In this document: positions 1-11,107 of the stretch, piece after piece
Position numbering within the stretch: position 1 is the stretch's first letter
Layout of the letters: every line of letters begins with the position of its first letter
DNA from: Waterburya sp.
GTDB taxonomy: Bacteria > Cyanobacteriota > Cyanobacteriia > Cyanobacteriales > Xenococcaceae
NCBI GenBank assembly: GCA_965217895.1
Contig: CBDCJV010000002.1
Span: 4,512,001-4,576,000, forward strand
Reading direction: 5' to 3'
DNA: 64,000 nucleotides
Notes under the pieces: generated by a model
Databases searched by the model: none
What the model was told of the DNA's origin: nothing
The model's input: only the letters and a program-made list of their open reading frames with translations
Program-made: the position numbers and the translations under genes

Positions 1-610
1 GCTACATTTAATAATTCTCCTTTGTGATTGATTGCCAAATGAAGTTTGAAACCATAAAACCAATCTACGGATGTTTTTCCTCTTTCAGCGATTGCTTGAA
101 AAACTCGATGCTGTTTAATACGTCGATTGTGACAGACTTTTAGACTCGTTGAATCAATAAATCCGATTCCCGTACTTGCTCCTAAACGGGAGCGAAGATA
201 TGCCATTAAAGGAATTAGAGTGCTTGGTTGCCATTCGACAAAACGGTTATAACTGACTAAGTTTGGGAAAGCCTCGCGCCAATAGAAGCTAACAATTTCT
301 AGGTAAAATGTCTTGAAAGTTTTGTAGGCAGACAAATGAAATGCTATTTCTATAGTCAACGCGGTGGTTGGACAAGCTGCTTACGAAGCAGCGTCCCCCA
401 CCGCCATAATTTCACTCAAACTTAATCGGCGATTACGAAGACGACGTTTTCCCTGTGTCAATAGCTGCTGCTTCCAGCCAAGCTCAAAATTAGAGCAAAA
501 ATCGTCAACAGAACAAAATAATTCTTCTAAACTGAACATAGGGCAGGTTTACTGAATTTGTCGTTATTTTCAGCTTACTACCTGTCCCTTCTCTTATCCC
601 GAACTCACGT
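1..610 (-). mobile_element. IS982-family element (partial, runs off window); transposase from ATG 539 disrupted by a 48-bp hairpin insertion
   Basis: Minus strand reads MFSLEELFCSVDDFC...LSLSEIM / TIEIAFHLSAYKTFK...FIDSTSLKVCHNRRI...WFYGFKLHL. End-like sequence CTTATCCCGAACTCACGT at 593-610. Insert 357-404 brings an in-frame TAA. Confidence 0.85.
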
Positions 611-2154
611 TAATATGGAAAGCGCGGTTGCAATCAAACTGAGCTAAATTTATTCTTCCCGCGTCAAAGGATTTTCCAGTACCAGTATCACTGGCATCAA
701 ACGTGCATTTACCAGTATCTTGCCAAGTATCTAAGCGGTAAGATGGTTTTGTAGTAATTAGGACTAATTAAAGCTTGTTGATAACCCTTAACTTGCTCTT
801 GAGAGAAACCCCAAGCAGATAATCTTTTCTTAGTTTGTTGCTTGTATCTTTTGAGGTCGCCTTCGATCTTCTCGAATAACGATCTAGAGCCAAACTTTAG
901 ATCCCACTCCTCTTTACTTATGGTCTTGTTATGAGATTTTTGTTTCTCTTTCCACCGTTTAACAGCAGCCTGTTTATATTCGGCATCGTGTTCCCAACGA
1001 TACCAGTGAATAAATTTGGTTAACCCCTCACTTTTCCTAGCAGAATTAGGATTATTTAAAAGTGCCGAACGCCAAATAGCATCCCATTCAAATTGATTCC
1101 AACCATTACCACTACTACAGTTGAGACAATAGCTAATAAATAATTGATAGGAGTCACCATCACAACGATAGCCATTATTATTCAGCCATGACTGACAACC
1201 AATTAAGTCACAAGCAAGAGCGTATCCTGTAATATTGCGCTCGCTGTTTACTCCAGATAAAGCCTCTTGATTGGCTTGAGAAAGACATTGGGTTAAAGGG
1301 ATTTCTCCTTGATAAATGCTAGATACAACGGGAAACTCGATCGCCTGAGATCGAGGATACAGTTTGGCTTCAGTCAGAGTTAATACTTCATTTCCCAATC
1401 GCTTCCACAACCGCCAGCGATCGTCGGATATATGCTCTGGAAAGCTAATATTATTAGCTGTAAAATAAGCCTTAAATCCTATTATCAGATCATCATAGCT
1501 AAAAGTGCGATCGCTCCAATAACAGAGAGTTTGCTCTCGATCTTTCTCACGACGGTAAAATCCAGCCATCCGCATTGGTTGGTGAGGATTGGTAACTGCG
1601 GGGTCGGAATTCAAGGCAATACAAAGTAACCTTCTTAGATAAATAGTCTGTTCTATCGGAAGGTGTTTAGTGGCTTTCCAGTGCGGGTGATAGGATTTAG
1701 AACCACTGTGAATGATATATGCTGGCTTTAGTCCCGATAGCTCGATAAACTCCTCTATTTTATCCCATTGCTCTATCTGAGTACCATCATCCAATTCGGC
1801 TGCAATGTCATCGCTAAATTTAATGTAATCCTTAAGAGGATATCCTATAGGTTGGGTAGGAATAAAAAAGACACCACCATCATTATTTCTGCACCAGTTA
1901 GAAACAAACTCCCAGCAGTCAGGATGATAGTGAGTTTTAACTCTATTTGTCTTTTTTCCTAAAGTTTGCCAGACACCAAATCGTCCAGAGGAATCGTAAT
2001 CTCCTACCAAAAACAAATTGTGTCCCAGCTTCAACCACAATTCTCGATTGTTTGTTTTGGCTTGAGTTAGCTGTAGCACTTTTTGAAATGCCACTAACCC
2101 AGTCAGATTCTGCGATCGCTTTAATCTAAAGGAACGATCTTTATTATTCAACAT
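611..2154 (-). pseudogene. Plasmid-type primase/PriCT-2/helicase replication protein, frameshifted and truncated by IS982
   Basis: ORF 709-2154 has the primase-like HSGSKSYHPHW and DPAVTNPHQPMRMAG motifs. After a frameshift near 747-750 the frame continues RLDTWQDTGKCTFDASDTGTGKSFDAG (Walker A) up to the IS end. Confidence 0.7.
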
Positions 2155-2645
2155 GATTTACCTCGCTTGATTCGGTACGGGGCAAACTTCAACAAATTAT
2201 TAGCACAAAATCGGCAACACTAATGGCTGTAGAGCCTGGGCATAGGGTAAACTGAAATTATCTTTAAATTGAGGTGTCACTGATTTCGACAGTTTTTTCA
2301 ACTAATTTTCTATCTCTTTTTGCAGAAGAAGTAGAAAGTTGACATAGTTTAAAAAACACACAATATTGTTGAAGTTATACCCTTTTCTTCTTTAACTACT
2401 GAAATATTCCGTTTGAGTTTTAAAGCTATTAAGCTATTAACTTTAAAGCTCTACCAATACTAGAACGGTACATTTTAGATTTATCTACAGAGAAATCCTT
2501 GGCAATCTGAACGAGTGTTAGAGAAATCTTTTTGTTGTCTGGATCTAGAGAGCTTACATAGTAGAGAAAAATTAGCTCACAATGAGTTAATTGTTTAACA
2601 GTTTCAACCCATTCTTCACTTTGAAGAGGATAAAACTTTCCTTGA

Positions 2646-4153
2646 ATTCTATGTGATTTTGGTCAGCTATTTGAACCTTCAGTTAATCAGTCAACAGTAG
2701 CTCGTTGGGAGAAGGGGGAGCAAACTCCAGACAGAATACATTTTCCTAAAATTGCTTCATTGATTAATATGTCTTTTGAAGAGTTGATGGAATTTATTAA
2801 AAAACCAACATTTAGCTTTAACGAACTGGATATAGAAAATAAAACTCTTACTTATAACAAACGGCATTTCTCAATACTGAAAAAAGGAGCAAGAGCTTGG
2901 AATAGCTGGAGAAAGAGAAATCCTCATATTATTCCACAGTTATCAAGTATTTACTTAGAATCTGAAAAATATGGTGATTTAAGCGGATATGATTTAGGTC
3001 ATGCTAATTTAGCGGGTTTTCAGGGATTTTTTATATCTATGAGGCATACAAGCCTAGTTGAAGCAAACTTAGAAAGAGCTAATCTTGAGGGAGGTTCTTT
3101 TGATGGAGCAGATTTTTCAAGCGCAAATTTGAAAAATATTAAGATTAAGGATACTAGTTTTTCAAGAGCTATTTTAAGAGAAGCTAATTTAAATGAAGCT
3201 AGTATCTCGGATTCAGATTTCACAGAAGTAACTTTGGAAGAGGCTTATATGGAGAAAATACATCTTTATAATGTTAATCTTTCAGGAGCAAATTTAAAGC
3301 AAGCCAATCTTAGCTGCGCCAATCTGTTTGATGTACAGCTAGTAGAAGCTAATTTAAATCGAGCTTCTCTTGAGAAAGCTGTCATGAATAAATGTTCTAT
3401 TTTTGGAACTACATTTATAAAAACTAATTTTAGTGAAGTAAAAGCTAACGATGTATATATTTCCTCACAAGGAATGAAAGGAGTTCCTATAAGTGATTTA
3501 ACTTTAGCACAATATGCTTGTCTTAAACAATGCGATTCTCCTTTAACTAAAAAGTTTATTAATATTTGTAATTTGGAAGGTGAAATTATTAGCTATTCCA
3601 AGATTCTTATCGATAAATATGGAGGCTATAGATTAGATGCAAGGGAAATTTCAGCTTGTTTAATAATTCCAATGAAGTTAATGAAGTTAACGAGCTTCCT
3701 CTTGTTCAGATGTATAAAGATAATAGTTGTTTTTATATTGAATTTTATCCAAATTACAATAATAAGGATTGTAAATCATTAAATAGATACAAAGCTAGAA
3801 AAATCTTAGAAATTAAAAACAACTTAATACAAAGTGATTTGAGAATTGAAGATTTAAATGTTATAAAAAATACGTTAGAAAAACAAACTAAAGAATTTAA
3901 TCGTTTGATAATAATTGCTATAAAAATTCTGGAATCAACCAAACAAAAAAAGTTTGTTGGTCAGGAATATATAATTGAAGAAATAAATGAGGAAATTATT
4001 ATTTGCGAAATAGTTAAAGATATTGAGAATGATGAAGAAGAAGAAATACTTAGAGGTAAGCTAGCTAATAATCAATTTGAAATTCTTAGATCTTGCCTAG
4101 TTGATAGGAATATTGTCGATCTTCAAGATATACTAATAAATCTTGTGACCTAG
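2646..4153 (+). pseudogene. XRE-HTH/pentapeptide-repeat fusion protein, lacking its start and probably frameshifted (ORFs 2760-3782 and 3656-4153)
   Basis: In frame upstream of 2760: FGQLFEPSVNQSTVARWEKGEQTPD (XRE helix), bounded by TGA at 2643. Many ANLxx pentapeptides. Overlapping second ORF suggests a frameshift. Confidence 0.65.
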
Positions 4154-4236
4154 ATTGAAATAAAAATAATTACACCATTTATCAAAAGTGGCTAGATAAA
4201 TTGAAAATTTGAAATAATGATATATCAAAAATTCAG

Positions 4237-4715
4237 ATGATGGCAATTACCCATTGCGCGATCGCAGAGGCTACGGAATATCCTTAGTTTTAGGAACTGG
4301 TCAACCTTTACCATTAGGTTTGGCTATTCTTGGCTCACAAATTCCTGATATCGACACCACCACCAGTACCATTGGCAAAATCCTCTATCCAATTAGTAAT
4401 TGGATAGAGGATCGTTTTCCCCATCGCTTCATTACTCATTCTCTACTGGCACAGATATTGCCCAAATCAAATCCTAGACGGAGATTAAAAACTGGTCGGA
4501 CTGGTGAGTTGTGGGTATTAGGAATTGCGATCGCTCTACTGATTCTAGGAATTACCATTGCCGACAGTGGGGGCATCACTGCCAAAGTCAGTCAGAATCT
4601 AGGTTTGAGAGATGGCATTGTTAGAACATATAACGAGAACGCTAGTACTAATAAAATATACGCGAGGATCGCAGGTTACTGGACGAGCGATGCCTTCGGC
4701 TAGCTTCGCAATCGC
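4237..4715 (+). pseudogene. Metal-dependent hydrolase (YdjM-like) remnant
   Basis: MMAITHCAIA, frameshift, then GSQIPDIDT...FPHRFITHSLL. Apparent internal deletion. Ends at a disrupted HIP1 site. Confidence 0.75.
4691..4711. repeat. 21-nt small dispersed repeat (SDR5-like) inserted in a HIP1 site
   Basis: GCGA|TGCCTTCGGCTAGCTTCGCAA|TCGC. Confidence 0.75.
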
Positions 4716-5281
4716 CTACATGAACCCCAACAACCTCTTTGGTTTTTACGTCCAAAGCTAGCCAAATCCACTGTTTATTAGCTTTGTTGGTCACGAAAGA
4801 CCACATCTCATCACATTGAATTATTAGTTTTCCTGCCTTGGTGCGCGTTCCCTAGCTGCGGAAACCGCAGCGGGGTCGCACCGCTTTTTTAGTTCTTATC
4901 TCAACTTGTTGAGGAATTGACTCAAATTTGGCATTAACATAGGTCTGTAACCATGGTTCTGAAACCTCTGTAACTCTGGCGATTCCAGCCAAGGGAATTT
5001 TTTCCAAAAGTAATTTGTCAATTAAGTTTTTGATTTCTTGACTAATGATTTTATTTTGCGGATCTTCTACGAATTGCCTTCTACAGTCACGGCACTTGTA
5101 ATTTTGCGAGACACTCCGTTGGGCGGTTTTACCGACTTGAAGGAAGTGTCGAGGGTGTTTGCCATTATGTATTTTTCCGTTTTTGACAATTTTTTCCGAC
5201 TCACATGATGGGCAATCTAACGACATAAAAATAAAAAGTGCTACGATTTTTATTCTATATCCTTATTTCTTTAGGACTACC
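4712..5281 (-). mobile_element. IS1-family element, truncated; InsA/InsB interrupted by two hairpin inserts
   Basis: InsA zinc ribbon CPSC...KNGK...QNYKCRDC. InsB IQCDEMWSFV...QWIWLALD. End GGTAGTCCTAAAGAAA at 5281. Confidence 0.85.
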
Positions 5282-5414
5282 CAATGGTTTATGTTCGCGG
5301 GACGAGTGAAGACTTACAAAGGGATGTGGAACAGATTGCTTGGCAGTGAAATCTGAAAGCTATGAATGGTGAGGGTTAGAGAGAGATGTGGCACGTTTCA
5401 ATATGTATGTCGGC

Positions 5415-7760
5415 GTGTGATTCGTTTCTGCCCAAGTCAAACCAAATGAGGTTTGAAATAAAGCAGAGTCAAGGTATTAACCTTGATAACTCAATTTTTG
5501 TGTGGTGAGTCCAGTTTGGACAATTCCAACTCTTCTGATGCTGGAGTAACAAACAGCATATCCCTCATGGGGGAGACTGACTCTCAATCCTATGAAGCAG
5601 GGATAAAAGGCGGTAACTCTAAATTTGTCTAGAGAACCCCGTCAAGCAAAGTCGAATATGGCTAACTTAGCGTGAACTCATGGTTGAACCATCATTAACG
5701 TGAACAAGCTCAAACAGGTTAATGGGCTTGCCCAAAAAGGGAAAGGATATAAGAGGCAAGCGGTTGCCGAGCCGACTTGATAAGCATCCTCAACAAACAG
5801 GCGTGGAAAGTGAGAGCCTAAGTTCGACGGAAAACAGAAATTGGGAACGAAGTAACCCTCATAAGCACTCTCTGAGTCATCAGATATCAGAGTAGGCAGT
5901 CAGCTAGGTGTCTTATGAGGGAAGGATTGTCTCATAAGCTAATGGTTAGAGGAAAGCTCAAACATATGCAGACGGAGACACAGCAATCTGGAAGATAAAG
6001 TTGTCAGTAGCAATGAACAAGTCATGAGCAAGTTAAAGACTACGTATGAATGGAGAGACATCCCCTGGCAGAAGCTAGAGAGGAAGGTTTTCAAGTTGCA
6101 AAAGCAAATTTATCGAGCCTCAAGTTTAGGCAAACGAAGCAAAGTTCGACGACTTCAACGACTCCTAATTAAATCCTGGGTAGCCAGGACGTTAGCAACA
6201 CGAAGGGTTAGCCAAGACAACCAGGGCAAGAAAACAGCAGGCGTAGACGGAAAGAAATCTCTCTCCACCAAACAACGGCTGATTCTCGTCCAAAATCTCA
6301 AGCTAAATACGGAGAAAGCATCCCCTACTCGTCGTGTTTGGATTCCCAAACCTGGTTCAACGGAGGAGAAAAGACCTCTTAATATCCCCACCATTTTCGA
6401 CAGAGCCAAACAGACTCTATTCAAAATGGCACTAGAACCTCAATGGGAAGCGAAATTTGAAGCTAATAGCTTTGGCTTTCGCCCTGGAAGTTCCTGCCAT
6501 GACGCGATTGTAGCAATCTTTCAAAATATCTGTCATAAACCCAAGTGGATTTTAGAAACAGATATCTCGAAGTGCTTCGATAAAATCGCTCATCAACCGT
6601 TACTGAAGAAACTCAAAACCAGTCCTTTTATCGCTCGGCAAATCCGAGCTTGGTTAAAAGCTGGCGTGATGGATGGAGCGAATTACCACAAAATAGCTTC
6701 TGGCGTACCACAAGGGGGTAGTCTATCTCCTTTACTCGCTAATGTTGCTTTACACGGTATGGAAAATCGGATTAGCAAACGCTTTTGAGGCGCAAAACTA
6801 ATTCGCTATGCTGATGACCTTGTGGTGATTCATGAAAAACTGGAAGTTATCCAGCAAATTCAACCCTACCTTCAGAAATGGTTGCAGAAGATGGATTTGG
6901 AATTGAAACCTAGCAAAACCCGCATCCGTCATACTCTCAAACGGGTTGAAGGACAAGTGGGCTTTGATTTTCTCGGCTTCAACATTCGCTCTTATGAAAT
7001 GAGTAAATATAAGTCAGGAAAATCAATGAAGGGATTTAAAACCATTATTCAACCGAGTGCTACAGCAATTCAACGACAGTCTCGTAAATTGCGGGAGGTA
7101 ATACAAAGGCATAAAGCTGCACCACAAGCTGCTTTAATCGACCATCTCAACCCCATTATTCGGGGGTGGTTAGCCTATTATTCATCCCAGTGCAGCCAGG
7201 AAGTTTATAATCATTTGGACTTTCTACTATACCAAAAACTACGCGCTTGGGCATACCGTCGTCATTCAAACAAAAGCGGTAGATGGATAGCCAGCCGATA
7301 CTGGCTGGTTAACAGTGGTGGAGGGTGGGTCTTTGCAGCTAAGTCAGGTGAACAACTGCTGAAATTAGCCACACACTCACAAACTCCCATCGTGCGACAT
7401 ATAAAAGTTAGGGGAAATCGCAGTCCGTTTGATGGCGACTGGAGTTATTGGGCTAGAAGAACAGGTAGTCATCCTGAGTTACCAACTCATATTGCCCAAT
7501 TGTTGAAGCGACAAAGGGGTCAATGCTCCTATTGTGGACTTCATTTTGAGTCGAGTAATCTTTTGGAAGTTCACCATTTGGACGGTGATCGCCATAACCA
7601 TATATGGAATAACTTAACTTTGCTTCACCAACATTGCCACGACCAAGTTCATGGAGGTGTGCATGACAAGCACCCGATTGTTGAGAAGCTGGATGAGGCG
7701 AAAGTTTCACGTCCAGTTTTGCAGACGAGTCGGAGAGGTGACTCTTCGGCTTAGTTCAAA
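5415..7760 (+). mobile_element. Group II intron (ribozyme plus intron-encoded protein)
   Basis: 5' end GTGTGATTCGTT. Domain V GAAGCTGGATGAGGCGAAAGTTTCACGTCCAGTTTT near 7685-7720. Domain VI hairpin ending TAGTTCAA. 3' end uncertain by 1-2 nt. Confidence 0.88.
6024..7754 (+). pseudogene. ltrA: Group II intron RT/maturase/HNH endonuclease with one in-frame TGA (6786-6788)
   Basis: KTAGVDG, PQGGSLSPLLANVAL, stop, then in-frame IRYADDLVV, FDFLGF, maturase LNPIIRGW and C-terminal CSYC/HNH motifs. Confidence 0.92.
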
Positions 7761-7828
7761 TGTACGCCATTTACGGTTCTAGCTATTTTGTATATATTAT
7801 ATGGCTAGAACCATAAACAATCTCGAAC

Positions 7829-8188
7829 CTAATATTCGCTCGGTAGCATCAGCACGTTTTGGGTAAAATAGAGAGATATTTTAGGCAAGGAAAAATCGGT
7901 TAGTTTTATCTCTTGAGTGACTGCTACATTTCCAGAATCCCGTTCGCAAATCAATACAGCAGAGTTATCCTGATTAACTTTCAGCTTCCAAAATTGGATA
8001 TCTTGTAGCATGGGGTCTTTCTGAATATTGGGGTCGAATTGCCAGGAAACAATTGCATCAATGAGCCAATAAGCTTTTCCCTGTTCGGCAACATATTGAA
8101 CTCCATCCGTGTATAGAAGTCCCGTTAAATGTTTGTAATATCGTGTCGTGCCAGTGAATTGAGTTAGGTCAGATTTATTTAGAGTCAT
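7829..8188 (-). CDS. DUF6876-like protein (likely start ATG 8188)
   Basis: FTGTTRYYKH...YTDGVQYVAEQGKAYWLID...VLMLPSEY signature. Confidence 0.75.
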   Translation of the reverse strand: MTLNKSDLTQFTGTTRYYKHLTGLLYTDGVQYVAEQGKAYWLIDAIVSWQFDPNIQKDPMLQDIQFWKLKVNQDNSAVLICERDSGNVAVTQEIKLTDFSLPKISLYFTQNVLMLPSEY

Positions 8189-8249
8189 AATTATTTGTGG
8201 CTGAAGCCTTTTAGGATCAATTTCAGTTCCAGCCACAGGACTTAATTAT

Positions 8250-8684
8250 TTATTTGTTTCTCTGTCTTCGTTCGTGGACAGCGATAATACATTTTAGGGT
8301 TTCGCAATCAAACAAATGTAATGCTCTATTCAAATCTCGCCATTTGTCCCACTTTTCCAGGCAGTAATAATCGTTTTCTATCCGCTCCTCAGTCCAATCA
8401 TCTTTCTGGAGAATTTGTTGACAGAACTCGTAGAAATCTAGATTCCAATAAAGGTAGGTTACTGCCACTTGTAAAGTGCCAAAGTCGATACTTTTTTTAG
8501 ATTCAGATTCTAGGTTAGCTTTATCAAGTTCGCCATTGACTATTCTAGTTTTGGTATTGTGCCAACCCGTAAGATAATAGTGGTCATCAGAGTTTGGTGT
8601 TTCTAGAGTCAGCGCATCATTTTCACCTTCAATGCGGGCAAACAAAGCATCTTCATCTCGGCTGTTGAGTTGTGAGTAGTTCAT
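8250..8684 (-). CDS. Hypothetical protein
   Basis: 144-aa ATG ORF, co-oriented in the cluster. Confidence 0.6.
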   Translation of the reverse strand: MNYSQLNSRDEDALFARIEGENDALTLETPNSDDHYYLTGWHNTKTRIVNGELDKANLESESKKSIDFGTLQVAVTYLYWNLDFYEFCQQILQKDDWTEERIENDYYCLEKWDKWRDLNRALHLFDCETLKCIIAVHERRQRNK

Positions 8685-8749
8685 ATTTAATTAATTAATT
8701 TCACCCAAACCTCAACACGAGACTATTGTTTCTTTTGCTTTTTGTTTTT

Positions 8750-9283
8750 CTACTTAATTCTGATTACCAAACTAATTTCAGTGTCTCCCCAATCAGCCCA
8801 AGGAAATTCATCTTTGCTAGTCTTCAAAGCTTGTTTTAGATCGTTTAGCTTGGCTTCTACTTTGACTCGCTGATATTCTTCTGGCAATTCCTCTGGTGTT
8901 ACTTTGAGAACTACTGGCTGTCTGGTTTGCTGATAAATAGTTGAATAATTCCCCTTAACTTTGCTAATTCCCCTTTCCTGCATCGCCATTAGAATGTATT
9001 GCTTTAACTTAATAGCCGAGTTAAGTTTGCTGGCGTATCTGACTTTTAAATCATCAATCATCGATTTAATTGCCTCGGCTTCCTTCTCCAGGCATTTAGC
9101 AGCATAGGCAGCAGACTCTAGCTTTGCTTTCCAGTCCTCCTCTTGACCTAACCATTGCTGAAAAAGCTCTTGAGAACGTTCGTCTTTTTCGGCTTCAGTT
9201 AATTCTTCGCTGTTGGCAATTTCGGCGATCGCTTCTTCTAAATCAATGAGGTCTTGAGTTTTGTTCCAAAGATTATTGTTCAT
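8750..9283 (-). CDS. Siphovirus Gp157-family protein
   Basis: Coiled coil, LKQYILMAM...KVKG, ELPEEYQRVKVEAKLNDLKQALK. Confidence 0.8.
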   Translation of the reverse strand: MNNNLWNKTQDLIDLEEAIAEIANSEELTEAEKDERSQELFQQWLGQEEDWKAKLESAAYAAKCLEKEAEAIKSMIDDLKVRYASKLNSAIKLKQYILMAMQERGISKVKGNYSTIYQQTRQPVVLKVTPEELPEEYQRVKVEAKLNDLKQALKTSKDEFPWADWGDTEISLVIRIK

Positions 9284-9378
9284 GATTTGTGTTTTCTTTG
9301 TTATGTTGATTTCATTTGCCCCGAAGGACTCATTATTTTTAAATTTATTTTGGTATTGTTGTATTAACGAGATTTACG

Positions 9379-9759
9379 ATGGTTATGAATTATTTAGAAC
9401 AGCAGATACGCGATCGTTTAATTAAAAGTTGTAGCGAGGTCAAAGCAGGTTTACTCAAGCTATGTCAAATCCAGATGGTTGTAGTAGAAGGCAAATCGGC
9501 ATTACTGATTCATTTTCCTAACGCCTGGACGGAAGAGCAGTTAGATGGATTTCTGATGTTGGGTGATTTGGGACGATTGCTTAATGATTTAGGTATAGAG
9601 CAATTGGTTCTGAACAACGGTGAAGGGTCGGCAACATACCATCAATGGAACGAAACTTACTTCGATTTCAATGGTTATTTCATCGATGGGGATTTGACTA
9701 AGCTTGAAATCGTTAATATTCCCACAATCGAGGAATTGGAAAATATGACGGGTAACTAA
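9379..9759 (+). CDS. Hypothetical protein
   Basis: 126-aa ORF filling the gap between minus-strand genes. Confidence 0.55.
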   Translation: MVMNYLEQQIRDRLIKSCSEVKAGLLKLCQIQMVVVEGKSALLIHFPNAWTEEQLDGFLMLGDLGRLLNDLGIEQLVLNNGEGSATYHQWNETYFDFNGYFIDGDLTKLEIVNIPTIEELENMTGN

Positions 9760-9788
9760 TAATTAATCACCCGTCAAACATTATCTGC

Positions 9789-10331
9789 TTAAAAATCAAC
9801 TTCGACTTCTTCATAAACTGGTTTGGCGGTTGGGAGTTCTGGGAGTTCTACCTGTCGCTCGTTCATCCTTGCAGCATAAACTTGGTGTTGAGCATCAAAT
9901 AACTTCAACTCTTCGATCCGCCCTTGCTGACCTTCATTCCAGTCAAATTCAACGGCGTAATAAGTCCCCAATTCAGAAGACCGCTTATTCATCTTCGCTG
10001 TCACAATTCCTGCACCAATAGCAATCCCCTTAATTCCTAAGTCAAGAAGAAGATTTAGGAAGTTATCAAGAGATTCGGTTTTAAGTAAAATATGACCAAC
10101 AATATTGTCTGGGTCTACAAAAATTATCTCCAACCAGCTTTGATAAGGATAGTTAAATAGTTGCTCTTCAAAGGTACGAAAACTGAGAATTTCTAAGTTT
10201 AGTTTGTTACCAATCATCTTTGACTCGCCAATCTTGAACACGCCAGCTTTACAATCAGCGCGATACTGACGGGGACGACCTGTAATATAAACAATTCCGT
10301 CCATTTTTAAGGGTTCAAAAGCATTAACCAC
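9789..10331 (-). CDS. Hypothetical protein, possibly SSB-like
   Basis: Beta-rich 180 aa with acidic tail ending EEVEVDF. Confidence 0.6.
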   Translation of the reverse strand: MVNAFEPLKMDGIVYITGRPRQYRADCKAGVFKIGESKMIGNKLNLEILSFRTFEEQLFNYPYQSWLEIIFVDPDNIVGHILLKTESLDNFLNLLLDLGIKGIAIGAGIVTAKMNKRSSELGTYYAVEFDWNEGQQGRIEELKLFDAQHQVYAARMNERQVELPELPTAKPVYEEVEVDF

Positions 10332-10428
10332 GATCTATTATTCTCCAAATTAATTTTACAATTGCCGAAGGTTTTTTAAGTGTCAGATTTTATTTTTTTG
10401 TTTCTCTAACACTTTTATTTAATTCAAC

Positions 10429-10869
10429 TTACGCGGTTATTAATTCTTTGGATTTATCAATATATTCCCTCAAAGAAGAACATTTGAAATAATTTAAAAC
10501 CGAATAACAATGTTTGCAGCAAGCTTTACCTAAATGCTTCTTTTGATTAGCCCAATCATTGCAGTCACAAATTAATTCTTGCGAATGAGCCGAAACTTGA
10601 TACCACGTATTTTTACCAGGATTTTGAACGGTAAATAATTCTTGGTTGTAGAAGTGAGGTGTAGTTTTTAATCCAATACTTCTAGCTTTGCGCCAATCAA
10701 CAAAATGTTGTCTAAAATTCTTTTTAGAAATAAACTTATTTTTTTGATATCGAACCTTAACTAAGATAATTTTATCCCAGATTTCTATGTTTTCAATTAG
10801 GATATAATCGAGGTTTAATATTCTAGCAGCAGCAGCTTTGGAATAGATTAAGTTCTGAGCAGTAATCAT
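10429..10869 (-). CDS. SWIM zinc-finger protein
   Basis: CDCNDW...CCKH motif. Confidence 0.7.
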   Translation of the reverse strand: MITAQNLIYSKAAAARILNLDYILIENIEIWDKIILVKVRYQKNKFISKKNFRQHFVDWRKARSIGLKTTPHFYNQELFTVQNPGKNTWYQVSAHSQELICDCNDWANQKKHLGKACCKHCYSVLNYFKCSSLREYIDKSKELITA

Positions 10870-11061
10870 TGTTGTTTTCCTTCATTAATTTCACCGCTAC
10901 CGAAGGACTTTTATTATTTTTGTTTTATTTATTTACTATTATTAATTGATTAGTTTTAAAGGTTTAACTTAACTACTTTGCATCTTAAATATTAGGGTGT
11001 GTGGTGGGTTGGGAGTGAGGAGTGGTAGGGCTTGCCACTGCCCGACGAATGACTAATTTTA

Positions 11062-11107
11062 AAATAAAGATAAGCTCAGGGCGTGAGTCCTGAGCTTATC
11101 TTTATTT
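11062..11107. terminator. 19-bp perfect hairpin, likely terminator
   Basis: AAATAAAGATAAGCTCAGG-N8-CCTGAGCTTATCTTTATTT at the stop of ORF 11106-11486. Confidence 0.65.

Noticed and set aside
2548..2656. Possible MITE removing the HTH start
   Set aside because: Only an imperfect 8-bp inverted match (TTACATAG/CTATGTGA) and no target duplication.
6024..7754. RT as retron, DGR or defence RT
   Set aside because: Maturase and HNH domains plus domain V/VI RNA identify an ordinary group II intron; no template/variable repeat pair seen.
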